The notes under the pieces were generated by a model that did no database searches, was not told the origin of the DNA, and saw only the letters and a program-made list of their open reading frames with translations. The position numbers were made by a program, and so were the translations under genes. A stretch of 64,000 nt of DNA from Pseudomonadota bacterium (GTDB lineage Bacteria > Pseudomonadota > Gammaproteobacteria > Xanthomonadales > SZUA-38), in contig JBCDKA010000003.1 in assembly GCA_038747195.1 (NCBI GenBank), positions 20,726 through 84,725 of the forward strand, in the 5' to 3' direction. Each line of letters begins with the position of its first letter. The first letter of the stretch is position 1. Of this stretch, positions 47,724-55,590 are shown piece after piece.

Positions 47724-48608
47724 CTAGGTTTTCCCTTCCTTCGCTAGCCACTCAACGAAGGCGGTTGCCTTTGCCGGCGGACGCCGGCCAGCGGGATAAA
47801 TCGCCCAGACCCCGGTGGTTGGTAAGGTCCAGCCTTTGAGGACCTGCCGAACCTGACCGCTGGCCAGCTCCGCCTCCATCATGCGCGATGACACAACGCC
47901 ATAGCCAAGACCGGCGAGGATCGCAGCGCGAAGCGCTTCGGCGGCGCTTACGCGAATGCCGCTGTCCAGCAGTACCTCGCTGGTACGACCTCCGCGTTTG
48001 AAGGACCACCGGGTTGGTCCTCGAAAACCGGCGTAGGTGATGACGCGAAACCTCGCAAGCTCTGCCGGTAGTTTGGGCTCGCCGTACTGCTCCAGATAGG
48101 TCGGCGCGCCGACCACCAGTCGGTGTGAGGTATCGATGCGGCGAGCGACCAGCGAGGAGTCTCGCAGCTCACCGGCCCGTATCCCGACGTCCACACCCTC
48201 TTCCACCAGATTGATCAGACGATCATCGAGCACAAAGTCGATGCTGAGATCCGGGTGATCGTTGGTAAATTCGGCTAAGCGAGGAATGATCTGCGAACTG
48301 GCGTAGACCGGCGGCGCAGCAACCCGCAAACGCCCGGTCAGGGCGGTACTTTCGTCTCTGGCGGCTTTCTCCGCTTCATCCACCTCATCCAGCACACGTC
48401 TGGCCCGCTCGTAGAATCGTTCGCCGGCGTGAGTCACGCTGTGCGACCGGGTCGTACGAACGAGCAGCCGCACGCCGAGGTGGTCTTCAAGCGCTGCAAT
48501 CGTTTTGGAGACCGCGGGTTGACCTACGTTAAGAAGGCGGGCCGCGGCGGAAAACGAGCCGGCGTCTACCACCGACACAAACTGGCGCATCGCGAGCAGC
48601 TGATCCAT
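47724..48608 (-). CDS. LysR family transcriptional regulator
   Basis: MDQLLAMRQFVSVVDAGSFSAAARLLNVGQPAVSKTIAALEDHLGVRLL is a LysR HTH, followed by a substrate-binding domain. Confidence 0.88.
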   Translation of the reverse strand: MDQLLAMRQFVSVVDAGSFSAAARLLNVGQPAVSKTIAALEDHLGVRLLVRTTRSHSVTHAGERFYERARRVLDEVDEAEKAARDESTALTGRLRVAAPPVYASSQIIPRLAEFTNDHPDLSIDFVLDDRLINLVEEGVDVGIRAGELRDSSLVARRIDTSHRLVVGAPTYLEQYGEPKLPAELARFRVITYAGFRGPTRWSFKRGGRTSEVLLDSGIRVSAAEALRAAILAGLGYGVVSSRMMEAELASGQVRQVLKGWTLPTTGVWAIYPAGRRPPAKATAFVEWLAKEGKT

Positions 48609-48719
48609 ATATATTCTCAAAAAGAATAAATATTATCAGTCTTACCCCACTTCTGCATGAGCGATGGGGCGGGCAGGATAGCTCCCAACATCCATCAACA
48701 AATCAACAGGAGTTCACTG

Positions 48720-48920
48720 ATGTCGCAGTTATCAATCCATGACGAAACCACGGCCCCGGAAGGTCCGCGGCAACAACTGTCGCAGGTCAAAGCCAGCTGG
48801 AGCTCAATTCCGAAGCTGCACGCCATCTTGGCAGAAAGCCCCGTTTCCCCGGAGGCGGAGGACCTTCGCTGGCTCTACCCGCTAGGCAGGACCCGGCGGC
48901 AGCAGGACGATCCAGCCTGA
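48720..48920 (+). pseudogene. Truncated carboxymuconolactone decarboxylase (AhpD-like) family gene remnant
   Basis: MSQLSIHDETTAPEGPRQQLSQVKASWSSIPKLHAILAESPVSPEA matches the N-terminus of about 190-aa CMD-family proteins, but similarity is lost and the ORF stops after 66 aa. AGGAG SD retained. The CxxC-containing core is absent. Confidence 0.5.
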
Positions 48921-49795
48921 TGACCCACCTTGCGATCCTCGGACTTGGCGCCATGGGGTCACGCATGGCGCACCGGCTTTTGGCGGCTGGCCACACGGTG
49001 ACGGTATGGAATCGAAATCCCGGACCGGTTCGCGAACTGGCAGAGCGGGGGGCGAGCCCGGCCGACTCACCCGCGGCGGCGGTGAGCGGCGCCGCGGGCG
49101 TCATTGCGGTCTTGCGCGATGATGAGGCCTCCCGTTCCGTATGGCTGGACAGAGAAACGGGTGCGCTTCGGGCGCTAAAGTCGGGTGCCTGGGCCGTAGA
49201 GTCGTCCACGCTGTCGGTGGATTGGGTCAAAGACCTTGCCGGAGCTGCGGCGAGTCACAAACGACTATTTGTTGACGCCCCGGTGCTCGGCTCACGTCCC
49301 CAGGCGGAGGCGGGTCAGCTTGTTCATCTCCTCGGCGGCTCCGACGACGCCGTGGCCCGTGTATCCCCCGTTCTCGCCCAGCTGGGGCAGGCGCAGCTCC
49401 ATGCTGGGCCAACGGGTGCCGGAACGGCACTGAAGCTGCTGGCCAATACGCTGTTTGGTATCCAGGTTGCTGCGGTGGCGGAGCTCCTAAACCGAAGTCG
49501 GGAACTCGGTCTTGATCCGCAAAGAAGTTTTGCGCAGCTCGGCGAAACACCGGTCATGAGCCCGGCGGCCAAAGGTGCGGCCGGTCTGATGCTGGCAGGT
49601 CGCCATGAGCCGCTGTTCCCGGTTGAGCTCGTCGCCAAGGATTTCTCTTACGCCATTGGGAGCCACGCCGCGACGCTGCCGGTCAGCAACGCGGCCGCAG
49701 CGGTGTTTGCCGGCGCCCTTGGCGCCGGCATGGGAGACGACAATCTTACGACGGTCGCGAGGCTTTACGCTGACCGTGAGCTCGCGCCTCAATAG
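48920..49795 (+). CDS. NAD(P)-dependent oxidoreductase of the 3-hydroxyisobutyrate / 6-phosphogluconate dehydrogenase-like family
   Basis: LAILGLGAMGSRMAHRLLAAGHTVTVWNR Rossmann motif. Conserved LKLLANTL helix region. Confidence 0.85.
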   Translation: MTHLAILGLGAMGSRMAHRLLAAGHTVTVWNRNPGPVRELAERGASPADSPAAAVSGAAGVIAVLRDDEASRSVWLDRETGALRALKSGAWAVESSTLSVDWVKDLAGAAASHKRLFVDAPVLGSRPQAEAGQLVHLLGGSDDAVARVSPVLAQLGQAQLHAGPTGAGTALKLLANTLFGIQVAAVAELLNRSRELGLDPQRSFAQLGETPVMSPAAKGAAGLMLAGRHEPLFPVELVAKDFSYAIGSHAATLPVSNAAAAVFAGALGAGMGDDNLTTVARLYADRELAPQ

Positions 49796-50886
49796 CCGAG
49801 CCGAGGATCGACCACATTCAGCAGCGCGTCGCCGGCGGCAAAACGGCGGAGGTTTTCTTTCAGGAGGATCATGTGGCGCGCGAGGCTGCCGCCGCGTGCC
49901 GCTACGTGAGGCGTAATGAGCACATTTTCCATTTGCCAAAGGGGGTGGTTTGGCGGCAGCGGCTCTGGATCGGTCACGTCCAGTGCTGCGCCGCTGATCT
50001 GCCCGCTGCGCAGGGCGTCAAGCAGATCATCGGTGACCACCACCGGGCCTCGGCCAACGTTCACCAGCTTCGCCCCTCGCTTCGTTGCATTGAAGAATTC
50101 TCGATCGAGGAGGCCGCGTGTGTCCGGGGTCAGGGGCAGGGTAACCACAATAAAATCTGCCTCACCCGCTAGCTTTAGTAGCTCATCGGACAGGCCAACG
50201 TAATCGATGTAGGCAGGGCCCTCTCGCGAACTGCGGCGGGTGCCAATGACCCTCATATCCAGAGCATCCGCTCGCTTTGCCACCTCCATGCCGATGCCCC
50301 CCAGGCCGACAACCAGGAGAGTCTTGCCCGCAATCGACTGCATGCGGTCGGTGGCCAAAGACTGTTTGCGCCACTGGCCGGTGGTCATCTGTTTGGCGAA
50401 GTAGGGGAGCTGGCGCGCCAGGCTCAAGGTCAGCGTAATGGCGTGTTCGGCCAGCACGGGTGAAGACATTTTCTGCATGTTGGTCAGCACCATCGATCCG
50501 TCAGCGATGGGTCCAGCCGTTACGCAGCGTTCGGCTCCGGCGCTAAGAATCTGGACCCACGCGATGTTATCGCTCGCCCTTAACAGCGGCTCGGAACACC
50601 AGCCGATGATCGCGTCCGCGCCGCGCGCGCTGTCGATGGCCTGGCTTTCGCTGACAGCGAGGACCACCTCAACGCCCGGTATCGCTCGCTCGATTTCGCT
50701 GCGCGGTAGCCCGACGTCCCGAACGATAATCTTTTGAGGCTTTCTCCAACCGGGTAGCTCGCGTAGCGCTACGCTCCCCTCCTCAACGCCGGTCTGCGCG
50801 ATGAGTTCCTCAATATTGGACTGCGCGATGGCGGTGCCGGTCAGGCTCAAGCCTGCAACCAAAACGAAAAATTGCGGAAGGTTCAT
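49789..50886 (-). CDS. D-isomer-specific 2-hydroxyacid dehydrogenase family protein with predicted N-terminal signal peptide
   Basis: GKTLLVVGLGGIGMEVA NAD fold, VNVGRGPVV (catalytic Arg), DVTDPEPLP (Glu) and ITPHVA (His). N-terminus MNLPQFFVLVAGLSLTGTAIAQS. Confidence 0.85.
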   Translation of the reverse strand: MNLPQFFVLVAGLSLTGTAIAQSNIEELIAQTGVEEGSVALRELPGWRKPQKIIVRDVGLPRSEIERAIPGVEVVLAVSESQAIDSARGADAIIGWCSEPLLRASDNIAWVQILSAGAERCVTAGPIADGSMVLTNMQKMSSPVLAEHAITLTLSLARQLPYFAKQMTTGQWRKQSLATDRMQSIAGKTLLVVGLGGIGMEVAKRADALDMRVIGTRRSSREGPAYIDYVGLSDELLKLAGEADFIVVTLPLTPDTRGLLDREFFNATKRGAKLVNVGRGPVVVTDDLLDALRSGQISGAALDVTDPEPLPPNHPLWQMENVLITPHVAARGGSLARHMILLKENLRRFAAGDALLNVVDPRLGY

Positions 50887-51016
50887 ACGGATCTCCGTGC
50901 GTCCTGCGTATGATCGCTGCCACTATGGCGCGAATGCAACCGCCGCCGGCCGGGCGCGGTACTATGAGCAACGGCACCCGGTATGCAGGAACCGCGATCA
51001 GAGGATTGGGAGAAGA

Positions 51017-51805
51017 GTGATCAAAGGCAACCTGAAAAAAATGACGGTCAGTCTAGACGAGGTCGTGAGCTACCGCCTGCCGATCGGTGATTCGGGTATC
51101 GATCTCAACCCGCGCATTGGCCAGCCGATCTCACTTCGCTACGCCGGGCTTATCCACTGCATCAAATGTGGCCGGGAGACCAAAAAGTCGTTCGGCCAGG
51201 GATTCTGTTTCCCGTGTTTTCGCTCCGCGCCCGAAGCGAGCGAATGTATCTTGCGTCCCGAGCTGTGTCGCGCTCATGAAGGCGAAGCCCGGGACATGGC
51301 GTGGGCCGAAAGGCATTGTCTTCAGGAGCACGTGGTCTACCTGGCCAAAAGCTCAGCGGTGAAAGTGGGCATCACTAGAAACACACAGATTCCCACGCGT
51401 TGGATTGATCAAGGTGCGTCGGAGGCGGTGGTTTTCGCCCGCACGCCAAATCGCTATACGGCCGGTATGCTCGAAGTCGCGCTGAAAGCACACCTTACCG
51501 ACCGGACCAACTGGCGTCGCATGCTCAAAAACGAAATCTGCGGCGAAGATCTCCCGGCCTTCAAAGAGCGCCTGCGCGGCGAGCTGACGAGTGACCTCTC
51601 CCAATATGTCGACGACGACGACGCGGTGTGGCGAATCGACTATCCGGTGCAGGTTTTCCCGGAGAAGGTCAAAAGTATCGGCTTCGATAAACAGCCCGCT
51701 ATCGATGGCACGCTGCTCGGGATCAAAGGGCAATATCTCCTGCTGGATGACGACCGGGTGCTCAACATTCGGAAGCACCAGGGCTACGAAGTGGCCGTCA
51801 GCTGA
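51017..51805 (+). CDS. DUF2797-like protein with zinc-ribbon motif
   Basis: GTG 51017 after a GGAGAAG SD. GNLKKM...CIKCGRETKKSFGQGFCFPCF followed by YLAKSSAVKVGITR. Family name is from memory. Confidence 0.62.
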   Translation: MIKGNLKKMTVSLDEVVSYRLPIGDSGIDLNPRIGQPISLRYAGLIHCIKCGRETKKSFGQGFCFPCFRSAPEASECILRPELCRAHEGEARDMAWAERHCLQEHVVYLAKSSAVKVGITRNTQIPTRWIDQGASEAVVFARTPNRYTAGMLEVALKAHLTDRTNWRRMLKNEICGEDLPAFKERLRGELTSDLSQYVDDDDAVWRIDYPVQVFPEKVKSIGFDKQPAIDGTLLGIKGQYLLLDDDRVLNIRKHQGYEVAVS

Positions 51806-52014
51806 TCTGCTCCTCAAGAGCCTTTAACCGCAGGCGTTGCTTCTTGAAGTGTCATCAAAACGCCCCGTGATCGAGGCGACAGGCCTGTCCTAACTCAAGT
51901 TCGACGAATCTTGGCCGCTAAAGAGTGTTAGGCCGTGCCGCAATGGCCGGCCTCAATTGACATTGGCGGAAGCCAGGCGGTGACCTTTGAGCATCTACCC
52001 ATTCGCTGAATTTC

Positions 52015-53199
52015 ATGGCTGATACACAACAGCTAAGAGAACTCGACCTCGTTGACGCAGCGCCGGAGCAGAATTTTGACAGTCTGACCGAACTTGCGGC
52101 ACATCTCCTGAATGTCCCGGTAGCCCTGGTGTCCATCGTGGACTTTGACCAGGATCGCCAGTTTTTTAAGAGTCAGCACGGTCTGCAGGACCCTTGGCGC
52201 GAACGGCGTCAAACCCCGCTAGACCACTCTTTTTGCCAACATGTTGTCGGCCGCGATTGTCCACTGGTTGTGGACTATGCCCCGAGCCACGAGTTGGTGA
52301 AAGACAACCTGGCGATCCCGAATCTTGGCGTGATGGCCTACCTGGGAACCCCAATCTACGGCGAAGGCGAGGAACCGGTGGGTGCGTTTTGCGTCATCGC
52401 TGATGAGCCTCGGGAGTGGACGGAGAAAGATCAGGCATCTGTCCAGAAGATTTCTAGCTGCGTCTCAGACTTGATTCGACTGAAAGCAGCGCGGATGACC
52501 AGTGAGCGATTGCGCCTTGAGCAGCAGGAATTTACCAACGTGCTTTCCCACGATCTGAAGGCGCCCACCAATACGCTGGCGCTGCTGCATACCGAGCTCG
52601 GTCTGCTGCTGGAGTCGGACAAGGACAGCGAAGCGCTGATGATGCTCGAACGATGTCATCAAACCACCGGCCGCATGAACCAGCTGATCGAGGATGTGAT
52701 GAGTTATACCCGGGTCTCAGGCACCGAGGTTGATAAGCAGTCACTGGATCTGGCGATCGTGGTCAACGACGTGATTGATGACCTCGCCCAGCAGATCCAG
52801 GTTTCTGGTGCGACGGTAAGTGCAGGCAAGCTGCCCCGGGTCGTCGGCGTGGCTTCGCAGCTGCGAATCCTGTTCCAGAATCTGATTGGCAACGGATTAA
52901 AATACGTGGCCCCCGGCGTTGCGCCGAAAATCGAGATCGCCATTGGGGGTACGGAGGGGAGCCGCGAGTGTGTGATCGACGTCAAAGACAACGGCATTGG
53001 CATCGATCCCGAAGACCACGGCCGAATTTTTGGCATGTTCAAGCGGCTCCATCTGGCTAGCGAATACTCAGGGACCGGAATCGGTCTTGCGCTGTGCCGT
53101 CGCGTGGCCCTCAATCACGCCGGCAACATCGACGTTCACTCACGGCGAGGCGGAGGATCGGTTTTTTCGGTAACGCTTCCGGTGGCAACCGATGGGTGA
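52015..53199 (+). CDS. GAF-domain sensor histidine kinase
   Basis: N-terminal GAF (FDSLTELAAHLLNVPVALVSIVD...FCVIADEPREW). H-box FTNVLSHDLKAPTN, N-box NLIGNGLKY, G-boxes DNGIGI and GTGIGLALC. Confidence 0.85.
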   Translation: MADTQQLRELDLVDAAPEQNFDSLTELAAHLLNVPVALVSIVDFDQDRQFFKSQHGLQDPWRERRQTPLDHSFCQHVVGRDCPLVVDYAPSHELVKDNLAIPNLGVMAYLGTPIYGEGEEPVGAFCVIADEPREWTEKDQASVQKISSCVSDLIRLKAARMTSERLRLEQQEFTNVLSHDLKAPTNTLALLHTELGLLLESDKDSEALMMLERCHQTTGRMNQLIEDVMSYTRVSGTEVDKQSLDLAIVVNDVIDDLAQQIQVSGATVSAGKLPRVVGVASQLRILFQNLIGNGLKYVAPGVAPKIEIAIGGTEGSRECVIDVKDNGIGIDPEDHGRIFGMFKRLHLASEYSGTGIGLALCRRVALNHAGNIDVHSRRGGGSVFSVTLPVATDG

Positions 53200-53626
53200 A
53201 GCACACGGCGTCATCGGCAGCATGGTGATGATCGATGACGATGAGACAGATCAGTATCTGTACCGACGTATCATCGAACGATCTGGGCTTGTTGCCACCC
53301 TGAACTTCTTTTCCCTCGCTGAAGACGCTCTAGCTTACCTGCGCCGCAAAGACCGCCCGCGAGTTGACCTGATCACCCTCGATATCAACATGCCTCGGAT
53401 GGATGGTTTTGAGTTCCTGGATCAAGCGCAGGCGGAGTTCGGAACGCGTTTTGAACATTCCGTGGTGGTGCTGCTGACAACCTCGCTGAATCCGGCAGAC
53501 CGGTCCCGAGCGTTGGCTTACCCGATGGTGAGGGACATCCTGAATAAGCCGCTGACGTCCCAAAACGTCGCAACGCTTGCCGAAGTTTGTCGAGAAGAGG
53601 CTGACGTGTCAGAACAGAGCGCCTAA
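53192..53626 (+). CDS. Stand-alone receiver (REC) response regulator
   Basis: 8-nt overlap with the kinase stop. MVMIDDDETDQ, LITLDINMPRMDG and KPL motifs. No output domain. Confidence 0.8.
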   Translation: MGEAHGVIGSMVMIDDDETDQYLYRRIIERSGLVATLNFFSLAEDALAYLRRKDRPRVDLITLDINMPRMDGFEFLDQAQAEFGTRFEHSVVVLLTTSLNPADRSRALAYPMVRDILNKPLTSQNVATLAEVCREEADVSEQSA

Positions 53627-53779
53627 GCGCTCGGCAGCGACTTCGGTTTGGTGCCTAGATTCGGACCTGGTCCCCCGCAACATTCGATGACCTTAGCTGG
53701 GGCAAATACTTATAGTGAAGCGGCGGTCGATTTGTGAGGATGGGGAATAAGGACTGAACCCGATCAGGAAGGAGGTGGA

Positions 53780-54523
53780 GTGATGGGACGCTCCGTATCC
53801 AAAACCGATTTGGCTGCGAGTCTGGCCGTGGAAACTCCCGCAGATCCCGACTGCGAACAGGCATTTTCCAAGGCTGGGCGTCGCGCAATCGACCAAACGG
53901 TCTACGTTGTGGACGATGATGACGCCATCCGAAGCGCGCTGACGCTGCTGCTTGAATCTGTCAACCTGAAGTGCCTGGCGCTTGCTTCCGCCCAGCAGTT
54001 TCTCGATGTATACGACGGCCGGCCTGGGGTGCTGGTTTTGGACGTCAGAATGCCGGAGATGAGTGGCCTGGAGCTGCAGCGGGAACTCATGACGCGAGAC
54101 TACCGTCAGCTGGCACTGATTTTTATGTCGGGCCATGGCGATATTCCGATGGCGGTCGAGGCGCTGAAGCTCGGCGCCGTCGATTTCTTGCCAAAACCCT
54201 TTCGTGACCAGGACCTACTTCATCGCGTAAACGAAGCGTTGGAACAAAACCGTGCGGGCCACGAGTCCGCGTTGGAGGCTGACGAGGTCAACCGCCGGAT
54301 CGACAGCCTGACGCCCCGGGAACGGCAGGTGATGGCGCTGATTGCCGATGGTCAAGCCAATAAGAGTATCGGCGTGGAGCTTGGGATTTCTCCGCGGACC
54401 GTAGAGATTCACCGGTCGCATGCCATGGAAAAAATGTCGGTTCGCTCGGTGGCGCAACTGGTGAGGATGCTGGATCGCGTCGGGTTTTTTGGCGAGGCGC
54501 GCAATCGTATTGCGCTTGCCTGA
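53780..54523 (+). CDS. FixJ/LuxR-type response regulator, paralogue of the gene at 13332..13991
   Basis: Strong SD GGAAGGAGGTGGAG. The block F(I/M)SGHGDIPMAVEALK(R/L)GAVDFLPKPFRDQDLL(D/H)RV is nearly identical in both copies. LuxR HTH LTPRERQVMALIADGQANKSIGVELGISPRTVEIHR. Confidence 0.87.
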   Translation: MMGRSVSKTDLAASLAVETPADPDCEQAFSKAGRRAIDQTVYVVDDDDAIRSALTLLLESVNLKCLALASAQQFLDVYDGRPGVLVLDVRMPEMSGLELQRELMTRDYRQLALIFMSGHGDIPMAVEALKLGAVDFLPKPFRDQDLLHRVNEALEQNRAGHESALEADEVNRRIDSLTPRERQVMALIADGQANKSIGVELGISPRTVEIHRSHAMEKMSVRSVAQLVRMLDRVGFFGEARNRIALA

Positions 54524-54562
54524 CTCGGTATTTTTGCTCCGGCATCTACGGCGGCAGACCGG

Positions 54563-55525
54563 CTAAAACAGCTTCTGGTCGCCGGCCTCTTGACCGGCCA
54601 TACCCTCGGTCAGCACGCGCTCGTAGTGATCTCGAAGCGTGATCTTACCGGTGCTGGGTGTGGCTGATTCGTCGTAACGCGCGCGGTCCTCGTCCCAAAG
54701 CAGCATAGATTCGGTAGCGTAGTAGCGTCCGATGCGCGCCAGCTCCGCCTTGGCCGCCAGGGCCGGAATGATCTTGCTGAGCGGATTCAGCAGGCTCAAC
54801 GCCACCGAGAAAAGGGCTGGAGGCACCCGCTTGAAGCGCGGCGTTTGGCCCGTCAGTTCAAACAGCATCTCCCCCTGCTCGCGTGGTGTCAGGGCGGGTC
54901 CCGGTCCACCGATGGGCAGCACTCGGTTTTGTTTGTCCTCATCGGCGAGACACTGAACAATAAATGCCGCCAGATCATCCTCAGCGATAGGTTTGCAGGC
55001 GGTCAGCGAGCCGTCGCCAAACAGCAGATAGGGTTTGCCTTGCTGCACGCGAGGGACCTGACCCGACAGGGATCGAAAGAAGGCGGTGGGTCGGACGATC
55101 GAATAGGTGAGGCCGCTGGCTCTCAGGTCGGCCTCAAACGCGAGCTTGGCCTGCTGAAATGCGAGTTTCGGCCGCTGGACGCAGATCGCTGACAGCAGGA
55201 CAAATTGATTGGTTCCGAGCGCTGAGGCAACCTGGAGAAGATTCCGATTGGCCTGATAGTCGACACGCCAGGCGTCTTCGGCGACGCCGCTGCGCGACGC
55301 GATGCAGGAAATGATGGTCGATGCACTGATGCCCGCGAGAGCCGAGGAAAGTTTGTCGCGGTCGTCCAGCTCGGTAGGGATTACCCGGCAGCCGGGCGGC
55401 GCCTGATCCGGTCTACGCAGCGGCGCGATCACCTCATAACCATCAGCGAGCAGCTTGGCCGCCACCGCGCGACCGATGTACCCGGAAGCACCCGCCAGCA
55501 GCACGCGATGTTGGTTGGAACCCAA
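54563..55525 (-). CDS. NAD(P)H-binding extended-SDR protein, divinyl chlorophyllide 8-vinyl reductase (BciA/DVR)-like
   Basis: VLLAGASGYIGRAV Rossmann motif. The C-terminus IGRYYATESMLLWDEDRARYDESATPSTGKITLRDHYERVLTEGMAGQEAGDQKLF closely parallels the plant/bacterial DVR C-terminus as I recall it (IGRYYAAESMLILDPETGEY...TPSYGKDTLE.FF..V..EGMAGQELGEQ). Confidence 0.6.
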   Translation of the reverse strand: MGSNQHRVLLAGASGYIGRAVAAKLLADGYEVIAPLRRPDQAPPGCRVIPTELDDRDKLSSALAGISASTIISCIASRSGVAEDAWRVDYQANRNLLQVASALGTNQFVLLSAICVQRPKLAFQQAKLAFEADLRASGLTYSIVRPTAFFRSLSGQVPRVQQGKPYLLFGDGSLTACKPIAEDDLAAFIVQCLADEDKQNRVLPIGGPGPALTPREQGEMLFELTGQTPRFKRVPPALFSVALSLLNPLSKIIPALAAKAELARIGRYYATESMLLWDEDRARYDESATPSTGKITLRDHYERVLTEGMAGQEAGDQKLF

Positions 55526-55590
55526 GGTTCTTACGTTATCGATAAAAGGCGCGAGGCGCGTGCGCGGTCCGGCACTATCTCTACTCCAGG

